NCBI RefSeq assembly: GCF_036971445.1
Contig: NC_091478.1
Coordinates: 88,474,001-88,538,000, forward strand
Reading direction: 5' to 3'
Source of the DNA: Narcine bancroftii
Taxonomy: Eukaryota
Length of the DNA: 64,000 nt
This document shows positions 54,216 through 64,000 of this stretch, piece by piece. Both the position numbers and the translations under genes were made by a program. Each line of letters starts with the position of its first letter. Position 1 is the stretch's first letter. The notes beneath the pieces were generated by a model. It did not search any database, had not been told where the DNA came from, and saw only the letters and a program-made list of their open reading frames with translations.

Positions 54216-56053
54216 ACTGAGGAGTCTAGCACCAGTGTACATAGTTGATAATAAGATACAAGCTACTTAGGATGGATATGAGGAAAGATTTCTTCATTCA
54301 GAGGATGGTGAATCTTTAGAAGTCTCTTCCCCAGAAATATTTAGTGCCTCATCTATAGTTTAAAATAGAAATTAATCAAGCAATCTGGTTTGGGGTTCAG
54401 AAGGAAATGAGTACAGATATAGGGAATGGATAACTAAAGGATTTATTAATACAGAAACAACCGGATGGCGAACTCAGCTCACAGTGGCAGATCAGGAGGA
54501 ATTAATAGCATAAAGCAAGGTGATTAGCAATTTACAACCAGTTGGAACCTAAACCCAGCAGCAGAATGCAATCAGAAGCAGTTCCAGGAAGGTGGGGGGG
54601 GGGGGGGGGGTGGAGGGGAAAGAGAGAATGCAGCTGGCTTCCAACCCCAGAATACGCCCATAGGGAAAGGGGGATTCCGATGACAGAGGGTACCCTACAC
54701 ACAGACTACCTACAGGGCTATACAAAGATAATTGGAAGTGTTGCTACAATGCCAGTATCAGCTTAAGGGGTTGCTAGTCCCTTTCCTGCGAACACGTGAC
54801 AAAGAGAAAATAACACTGGTGCTGTGGTTTTATAACCTGCCCTGCTCAGCAGAAGCTTCAGACATAACAGGAAATAATTACTGACTATGTTCTAGTCAAG
54901 GATGTTTAACTCTAGATTACAGATCATATCACAGAACAACATGATCAAATCAGAGAAGTATAAAATATCTTGTGTAAGGGAATTTTAAGTGTATTATTTG
55001 TATAATTTTTATATTCAATATTGATTTTGGACATAATACAAGTTAGGATTTGATTGTTTAATTATAATTATAGAATTTGATATCCTGAACAAAATTTAAT
55101 GTAATAATTAATGGTTATACTTCTAATTTTCAATTGATATGTGACATATATAGGATGTGATTTGATTTATGTTATCATTAATATACCTTGTGTAAAAGGG
55201 TTTTTTTGTTCAACTTAATAAAAATATATTAAAAAGAAAGGATCTGATGGGCTTTGTGTATTGTCACCCTTACCTCATCAGTCTAGCGAGCCCACACTGG
55301 CCATCAACCATCGATTTGTTATTTACCCCATTTTTTTCATCAAACCCCCCCCCCCCCCCCCCCCAGATTTTATCACTCACCTGAACATGAGTGGCAATTT
55401 ACAGTGACCAATAAACATCCCAATCGCCACATCTTTGGGATGCCAGCAGAAACAAGAACACCCAGTAATGACCCACATAACAGGGAGAACATGTAAATTT
55501 AACATGAACAGGTCAGGATTGAACCTGGATCTCCAGCGTTGTGAGACAGCTCTACCAGATGGGTCGCTGGGCCACCCAACTGTTTCTTACCAAACTTTCC
55601 TCCTCTGAGTACTCTCGCTAACTCCAGTATCCTGCCCTTTTCTTACAGTAACTAGGAAATTTCTCTTTCAAGCCTTGATTTAATCTTTATAAAGCTGCTT
55701 TATAACAGCAAATAATCCGGTCATACCCCTTGTTTACCCTGATACAATGTATTTTCAATTTAAAGTCTTTATGATGAGTTGTATTGGCCTGATTCTTTGT
55801 ACTGAAATAAATCCTCCATGTGGTATTGTTTCTATTTGACAGTTCAATTTTCATGACATTTGGCAATTTATGTTTTTTTATGAGCATACAACAAAATGTG
55901 TAAATTATTGTTCAAATTAATGGTAAATCTTTTTGCTATTTCCTTTTTAAGAGACGGCCCCATTTTAAATGTTTTTACTTTCATTTTCAGTTTTGCTGCT
56001 GGTCTGGTTGAGCTAAGTTGTTTTTTTTTAAACCTCCAAAAAGTATTTTCAAA

Positions 56054-56117
56054 ATGAGAAAGCCTGAAATTTGGCTTCCTTTTGAACTGGTGACATTTTA
56101 TATTCTCTCATCTGTGG
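56054..56117 (+). CDS. Leader (signal peptide) exon of the B7-family Ig gene
   Basis: AAAATG start, MRKPEIWLPFELVTFYILSSV plus G, consensus GG|GTAAGT phase-1 donor that joins 63327 in frame; upstream acceptor TTTCATTTTCAG ending at 55990. Confidence 0.7.
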
Positions 56118-56269
56118 GTAAGTGATATCAACAGAATATGTTAAATATTGCTAACAAGCAAGTAAGGTTTTAAAAGAAATAAAGAAGAACATTAGGTACA
56201 AATGTTCTTTGCTTGTAAGAATTACAGAGTTATTTTAATAATAACCTCTTTTTCTACTGATTACCAAGT

Positions 56270-57265
56270 CACTAACATAATGCTAGAGAAACCAGGCAGG
56301 CCAAACAGTGTTCTTTAAGTAGCAAAGATAAAAATACATAACTGACGTTTTGGGCTTGAGTCTTCAACAAGGTATGCAAAAATATCAGCAAGTATCTGAA
56401 TAAAAGGGTGAGGAGGAGGCATGGGAGTAGAGTAAAAGCAGGAGGTAATAGATGGAAAAGGGAGGGAGGAAACAGCAGCAAGCAAGGGGAGGAGGGATGG
56501 TGGATGAATAGAGAGGGAAGGGGATAGAGAACTGAGGGAAAGAAGATGAGGAAGGGAGAGCAGGTTAGCAGAAACCGGTAAAGTCAACGTTAATGGCATC
56601 CAGCTGGAGAGTGTTTCTCCAATTTACAGGTGGTCTTGGTGGGGTAGTACATGGACAGACATGTGAGTATGGGAGTGGAATGTAGAACCAAAATGGTTGG
56701 CCTCTGGGAGGTCCCTGTCACTTGTGAGGACAGAGCAAAGGTGCTCAGCGAAGTGATCTCCAATCTCTGATGTATAGTAGGCTACAAAGAGAGCACTGGA
56801 TGCAGTAAATCAATCTTTTGGATACACAATTGCAGTGTTGCTTCACTTGAAAGGATTGAGGATCCAGACTGGTGGGGGAGGAGGTATGGGCTCAAGTGTG
56901 GTACCTCATGTGGCCACAGGAGAAAATGCTGGGGTGGGGGGGGGGAGAAATTAGTGCACGAGGGTGTTATGGAGGGGACAATCTCTCTGAAAGCAAAGAG
57001 GGGAAGATGTGTCTGGTCGTGGGATCCTGTTGTAAGTGCCAGAAATTCCTTGAGGATAATGTGTTGGATACCGAGACTGGAGGGGTGGTAGGTGAGGGCA
57101 CGGGCGACCAGGGCAGATGAGCAGGAAATGGAGATGTGGGTGAGGGCTGAGTTGATGGTGGTGGAGGGGAAGCCATGTTTGAGGAAGAAGGCAGTCATTT
57201 CAGAAGATCTGGACTTGAAGGCCTCATCTTGGGAACAGATGTGACAGAAAATGTGAGAAGGGAAT
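56270..57265 (-). mobile_element. Penelope-like retroelement 3' portion
   Basis: ORFs MTAFFLKHGFPSTTINSALT.. and RNFWHLQQDPTTRHIFPS; homologous to 53630-54215. Confidence 0.8.
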
Positions 57266-57267
57266 GG

Positions 57268-60200
57268 TGTAGCGGGCCGAGCGACTGCGCGAGTAAACGG
57301 GCCGAGTCAACGCAACACTCAGCCAGTCCAAAATGGCACAGGCTCCGCTTCACTGCAAAGAAGGAGCCCATGCCTAGCACCAAGTATGGGCTAAGGAACC
57401 CTCCACACTGCGACGCGATGTCGTCACTTGAGGAAGCCGGAGGGTACGTCACCAGAAGTGGGTGGTCCAGCACAGAGACATGGCGAATTCAAACCGATAA
57501 AGTCATTCTTTGGCTCACCCTCACACTGTGTAGACGTCTCTTCACTAGGTAGCATTGCCGCAGTAGTCACTTCAGTGGTGACCCCAACGGTTTCAACATT
57601 TTGAAACCAGCATCGATCACACAAAAATGTAACAAAGGGCTAAATCCATAGTCGCAGTGCCTGCGACCAACTTGTGGGCATACATCTCCCACTGTTCTAG
57701 GCATGCTAGCCCAGGAATTGACTACAGCTGGATGAGTCACAGTTCCACATAAGAGGAATCGTTTCAGAGGACACCAAGTTCTGGCATGTCATCAGTGCTT
57801 TGGACGCCGCCACAGCTGCCCAAGTAAGCTCCTTCATAGAAAGCCCACTGAAGGAGCGCAAGTATGAGCAATTCCGACGTTTCCTCCTCGACACCCTAAA
57901 GCTCAGTGAGCGTGCTATTATAATCCTCAACATGCAGGGCCTGGGTTACAGAAACCCCTCCTAGCTAATGCAGGAGATGGTGGCCCATGAGACTGTTTCC
58001 TGATCATGGCCCTAATCCTCTCGAAACTACCAGTACGTGCATCTTCAGCAATTTTGGACATGGATTTCAGTGCCCTGCACCTCGTAGCCAAGGAGGCAAA
58101 CAGGCTATTCCACATGCCACAACAGAGCTCCCTCCACCTGCAACCAGTCTACGCAATCGGTGCCACCACCTTGTCCAGTCCACCAGAAACACCAGTGGTA
58201 GCTGCGGCACAGCAGCAACATGAAGGGCGCGTAGAGCAGAAGAGTGAGTACTGTTTCTACCACAGCCGATGGGGCAGGAACACATAGTGGTGCTCCTACC
58301 CCACCGCCAAAACTAACATGGTGATAGGAAACGGGCAGGCTGGCTGCCAATAGTGGCCTCGGCAGATGGCACACAGAAAGAACTACTCTACCTCAGAGAC
58401 CAGAGGACCAAGGGGAATTTCCTCAGGTGCAGAGATTAGCCTTACCCACCTACATTCTTTGAGGCACGACACAACACCAAAGGCCTTCTCCTGCAAGCAG
58501 CCAACAGGTCCTCCATTCCCAGCCATGGCACCTGTCTAGTCACCAGCCATGTTGCAGATGCTGTTTTTCAGTGGTAGTGCACCATCACAGCAGTGGGACA
58601 GGCGCTTCTCAGAGTGGATTTCCTCTGGGTTCACGAACTGCTGGTAGACATGACAAGATGCCAGTTAATAAATGCCACAACGTTCCAGTCTTTCCTCCTC
58701 ATCCTACAGAGATGCTCTTTCCTGTCACTGGGAATCCACGCCCTGGACCAAGACAAGTATGCCTCCATACTGGTCAAATAACAAGCTTTATTGGAACTGA
58801 ACTTCCATGACGTCAACCCGCCACATGGCGAGGAACACCACATGCCGTCTAGCACCTCGGTGCATGCACGAGCCCAGCGCTTCCCGCCAGACAAGCTACA
58901 ACAAGCCAAGGATTTGGGGGTCATCCGCCATTCCAACAGCCCGTGGGCCTTTCCGCTCCACATGGTGCAGAAGAGTTCTGGTAGTTGGTGTCTGAAAGGT
59001 GACTACCGATGTCTAAACTAGGCAACGGTCCCAGACCAGTACCCCATCCCACACGTCCAGGATTTCACCACGAGCCTACTTGGCTGTAGGGTATTCTCCA
59101 AGGTGGACCTCGTGAAGGGATACCACTAAATCCTGGTATACCCCAGCGAAGTCCAGAAGGCAGCCATCATCACACCTTTCAGCCTCTTTGAATTCCTAAG
59201 AATGCCTTTCAGACTCAAAAACACAGCCCAGACATTCCAGCAGCTAATGGACATCCTGTTCAATAGTCTGCAGCTGTTCTGACTTAGAGTGAACCCAGCC
59301 AAATGCCAGTTTGGCCTACAAATAATAGACTTCCTGGGGCATCGCATTACCCCAGAGGGTGCCACGCCACACTCCCCAACAAGGTGAAGGCCATTTAGAA
59401 CTTCCGTAAGCTAAGCACAATCAAAGGACTACAGGAGTTCCTGGGGATGGTTAACTTCTACCATTGCTTCCTCCTGGGAGTGGTCACCTTCATGCAGCCC
59501 CTGTTAAGCTTCATCAAGCTCGGTGACAAGATGCTGCAATGGATGCCACGGAGGCTTTCAATGCCACCAAGTCAGCACTGACAAAGGCCACGGTACTGGC
59601 ACACCTGGATCCCACCTCCCTCCGGCCCTCACAACGGACACTTCAGACAGAGCAGTGGGTACGGTACTAGAGCAATGGGCCAACGAGCACCTGTGACCCC
59701 TCGCCTTCTTCAGTAAGCACCTCCGAACACCAGAGCTCAAATACACCACGTTTGACCGAGAACTGCTGGCCTTGTACCTGGCGATACAGAACTTCTGCTT
59801 CATGTTACACAGACCACAAACCATTGACCTACGTGCTGAGCAGGGTCTTGGTCCCGTGGTTGGCAAGACAACAATGGCACCTCTCCTATGTATCTGAATT
59901 CACCACAGATATCCTCCACGGCGCCGACAAGGACAACATAGTGGCCGGCACACTGTCCCGGCCTGCTGTCGCTGCAACCGGAGGAGGGCTCAACATGGCC
60001 CAGCTTTCGAAGGAACATAGGGAGGACGCAGATGTTCAGGCGCACTGGACAACCATCATCAGCCTGAAGGTCAGAGACTTCTGCCCCACACCAGGGGAAC
60101 CGACCCTGCTGTGCGACATCTCCACCCGGTCCACAACACCGAACCTACCCAGAACATGGCAACGGTGGGTTTTCGACAAGATCCACGTCGTATCCCACTT

Positions 60201-61382
60201 CCCCATAAGGTCCATGGTCTACCTGCTCTCGGACAGATTCGTGTGGCGTGGGCTCCGCTGAGACGTCACCCTGTGGGCGCGAACCTGCTTAAAGTGCCAG
60301 CGTGCCACTGTGCACTGGCACATCAAAGCCCCCCTACAGGCTTTCGAGCCGGTGCAATGGAGGCTGCGTGCGACACAGGGACGTGTGCCTGGGCATTCCC
60401 CCCACCTGAGTCGTGCATTTCAGAGTCCCGACCCACATCACATCAGACCGAGGAGCACAGTTCACCTTCTCCCTCTGGTCCAATCTGGTGAAATTCTGTG
60501 GCAGCTGCCTCCACCATATGATGGCCTACCATCCCCAAGCAAACGGACTGGTCGAATGGTTCCACCGCCACCTGAAAGGCTGTGTTGAAAGCCCTACTGA
60601 CCAGGCCGAACTGGATGGATGAGCTCTCGTGGGTACTGCTCAGGATCCACAGGGCACTGAAGGAGGACCTGCCAGTATCGTCCGAAGAGATGGTGTAAGG
60701 TGCATTGCTTTCCATCCCGGGGACCTACATTTCAACCACCCCCCAGCCCACAGACCAGCGCGTTAGACGTCCTGCACAGGCTGAGAGAGCAAGCGGGCAG
60801 ACAACCCCTCCCCCACCCCGCCACCGTCCAAACACAGATTGCCACCCAGCCACGTTCCAGCTGTCCACCCACTACGTTTTCATATGCAGAGAACAGCAAT
60901 GGACCCCCCCCCCCCTACAGTGCCCATACAAAGGTCCCTTCAAGGTACTGCAGAGAGACATCGTAGTGTTCACATTGGACATTGGAGGCTAACAGGACAG
61001 ATTCACAGTCGACCGCCTCAAAGTCGTGCACCTGGACTCCGACCTACCGGCCTCGGACCTCTGGGTTAAGCACAGAGGTCAACCCCCCCCCCCAACCCCG
61101 AGAGACTGTAAGTCAGACTGCTCAGAGAGCGGCGGCAATTCTTTGGGGGAGGTGCAGCGGGATGAGTATTCAAGATTTAATTTATTGTCATGTAATAAAG
61201 ACAGTGCAATATTACACAAAATTTGAGTAAATGGACCGAATCACCGCAACACGCAGCAGGTCCAAGATGACGTGAGCTCCTTCTTGGCAGTGAAGGGGAG
61301 CCTGCGCCTAGCAACATGCACGGGCTAAGAAGCCCTCCACACAGCGACGTGATGATGTCACTTTGGAAGCCGGAGTGAAATC
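57268..61382 (+). mobile_element. Degenerate Gypsy LTR retrotransposon, CsRn1-like
   Basis: 5' LTR 57268-57574 (TG..CA); tRNA-Trp-type PBS TGGTGACCCCAACG at 57576; CHCC-type gag motif CFYHSRWG; RT SPWAFPLHMV..GDYRCLN; RNase H TDHKPL; integrase TSDRGAQF..YHPQANGLVE; PYKGPF; PPT 61145-61152; partial 3' LTR from 61153. Confidence 0.92.
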
Positions 61383-61389
61383 ATCTACT

Positions 61390-63272
61390 AATGTTACTAA
61401 ATACCAATAATATCTTTATATAAAAACTCAAATCAACGTATATAGGCCCTCCAATAAAAAAATCATAAATTAAAAACTAAGAAAAAAGTAAATAAAAATA
61501 AAAAAATAATTAAAAATCCCCCCCCCCAAAAAAACTACCAAAAGGTAGTAATCCCTTAAACAAAAATTGGGTGTGGATCACCCACCAGTGGCTGATGACT
61601 AATAAAGAACTTAGTGCAAATCTCCCCCTCCCCAGCCAAACAATCAGTAACATCCAAGTATCATAATAACAAGTGAAAAAACAAAATAAGAAAATTCTTC
61701 TTTTCATCCAAAAGACTCCAATCTCGAAGATCCCGTTTCGGAAGGAGGTGGACTCTTTCCATTCCCATTTTCCTCATTTCTTCCATTTCCAGAGCTACCA
61801 AATTTTTCTTTTGGAGATAATGGTGAACTACGTCTTTGTCCTCTTATATCTGGCAATGAGTCAGCAAAAATCATTGCTTCACGATCAGTTTCAAAAAACC
61901 GAAATTGATAGTCTCCGTGAAAGACCTTCAACATTGCAGGGTAACAAAAAGTAGACTTATAACCTTTACGCCACGAAATTTCTTTAACTGGATTAAATCA
62001 ACATCGACATTGAATGACATCTTGACTCAGATCAGAATAAAAAAAGACTACTATTTTGAATCAATAATGGGGTTTGTCGTTATCTCGCATTTTGTACTGC
62101 AAGTCGAAGTTTTGCTTCTCTATCCAAATAACTCATCGAATTATTATCGGTCTTGGGGTTGACCAGCTGAGGGTATTCTTCTTAAAGCTCTATGTGCTCT
62201 TTCCAGTGCGAATCCCCCAGATAAAAATTCTTGCCCTAATATTTGCGGAATTCAGGCTTTAAAGAAACGAAGAGGGTCTTGTCCTTCTATACCTTCTGCC
62301 AAACCAACAATTTTCACATTATTCCTTCTGCTTTGATTTTCCAAATAATCTATTTTTCTTTCTAGCTCCTTCTCTCGATCTCCTAATTCTGACTGATTTT
62401 TCCACCTTCAACACTTTTTCTGTTAGAAGCCACTTGTTGTTTACAATCCAAAAAAGCAGTCTGAAATTTTTTTAAATTCTTCATAAGATGCATCCACATG
62501 TGTTTTAACTATATTTAATTCTGAACTTATACCAGCATTAATTTGAACCATTTCATTCATTAGAGATGCCAACAAAGGTTTTATAACAGCTTGAATAACT
62601 GCATTCAATTGTATACATTGTGAATCAGTAAAACTCCACTCTGCTCTCTCTGACATGGTGGCAGAACAAGGTAACTGCAGCTCCTGCTGCAATTCAACAG
62701 ACGTCATTTTAAAAGTTTTACTGCGGGTCTGGACTCCCAGCGACGGCACCCCGACTTCTTCAGGGGGTCGCCGCTGGTCTCCCCCTGCATCTTGTTGTTT
62801 TCCCATCTATTCGCGAAGAAAAACGATTTCTTCAGATTGTAATGCTCCCTGATGCTCTTCCTGCATGCTCCCCCCTATTGAAATCGAAAGGCTTTCCAAA
62901 TCGGGGTCCACTTCTCGGGAACATGCACCTTCTTCCAGAGAATGGGTAATTACAGCACAATCGTTCATTTGGGGAGTAATAGGTTTTTTTTGCAGCCTCA
63001 ACAGGTGATCTTTAGGATTTAGGCAATGAGAAAATTGAGCCTGGGGCTGTTTCAAGTCGTCTAGGCCCCAGATCCTCAGCACTTCAAAAATGTATTTTCT
63101 TTTGAACTTGAGATTTAGTCTTTTTACTATTAGTGGCCATAATAATTCCTTAATACTTTAAACTAAAATTTTTAAAGTTTAAACTTGAAAACAAAGGGTT
63201 AAAAAATGGGTATTTAAAAGTCTGGCCAGAAAGGTCGAGATTGCCACGCCATCTTGCCACGCGCCCCCCCCC
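61390..63272 (-). mobile_element. L1 5' portion (5' UTR plus degenerate ORF1), 3'-truncated
   Basis: Minus-strand KIDYLENQSRRNNVKIVGLAEGIEGQDP (L1 ORF1 motif, ~62275-62356); G-rich 5' end GGGGCGCGTGGCAAGATGGCG. Confidence 0.85.
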
Positions 63273-63326
63273 CTCCCCCTTTTCTTATGGTTTGAACTGA
63301 TTTGCATTTGCATCTTTTTACTGCAG

Positions 63327-63668
63327 CCACCTTGGATGTGAAAGTCTTTCCAGCAGTGTTCAATGCCACAATTGGTGAAGAAGTCCTGCTAAATTGCTTA
63401 TTTTCTCAAACCATTGAGTTTGACTTGATGTACATTGTGATTGAATGGAACCAGAGAGCAGGAGATCATGAAAAGGCTATTTGTCTGTTGGACTTCGGGG
63501 AATATGAAAGCTACAGACCAGGATCAAGTCTCTTTCAAAATGAAATAAGCAAAGGAAATGCATCTTTACTCCTAAAAAATGTTACTGTGGATGACATTGG
63601 ATCATATTCCTGTATCGTTTCGCTATTTTCTGATAAAAATATGGGTAATGTTAATCTGTCAATTACAG
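63327..63668 (+). CDS. IgV-set exon of a B7/butyrophilin-family (NCR3LG1/B7-H6-like) membrane protein; gene continues beyond the window
   Basis: 342-nt phase 1-1 exon with TTTTTACTGCAG acceptor and GTGAGT donor; Ig V signature VLLNC..IEW..GNASLLLKNVTVDDIGSYSC. Confidence 0.9.
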
Positions 63669-64000
63669 GTGAGTACAGGAATAATGTCTAAAATACAATC
63701 TGTTAAAATTGGCATTGGGAGTTCCAGTGCTGGGAACTAGGATCTCAACAGGTCCACTTAAAAGGCACAAATTTGACATTAATGTTTTCTTTACCATTTT
63801 CTTTTCCTATCTTGCCCTTCACGTATTTTAAAAGGCCAGCATCTAATTACTGTTTGTAATATTCAAAGAGAAGGCATTCCTCAAAACTTTTATTAAGCAG
63901 TCTGTTACTGCCTTTAAATTATTCTCAAATTCTACTGAATGTAAATAGCATATGTATTTCTGCAAAATGGCGGTGCACTAGAACTGCTGTAACGACAGCG

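Noticed and set aside
57600-58400. Gag sequence inside a B7-H6-like gene (human B7-H6 has a Gag-homologous tail)
   Set aside because: Here the gag is intronic, upstream of the V exon, Gypsy-derived and disrupted by stops; the resemblance is coincidental.

Overview
Vertebrate genomic DNA, AT-rich and dense in transposable elements. The repeat content (V-SINE/HE1-like SINEs, CR1, Rex/Babar, RTE, L1, Penelope, Gypsy, Tc1, hAT) suggests a cartilaginous fish, probably a ray (inference). Two genes are supported. (1) A complete 7-exon POP4 gene (RNase P/MRP subunit p29) on + at 41292-50041, 672-nt CDS, 223 aa. Its CpG-island promoter is built from nested tandem repeats carrying five perfect CRE (TGACGTCA) sites. 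(2) The 5' part of a B7/butyrophilin-family Ig gene on +: a leader exon at 56054-56117 and an IgV exon at 63327-63668, separated by an intron filled with Penelope, CsRn1-type Gypsy and L1 sequence. The first ~40 kb has no gene I can support. It holds TE relics, a 25-bp minisatellite, local templated duplications and probable conserved non-coding elements. I see no convincing novel multi-gene system. The best leads are the CRE-array promoter, the B7-like gene and the template-switch insertions. All alignments and counts were done by eye.
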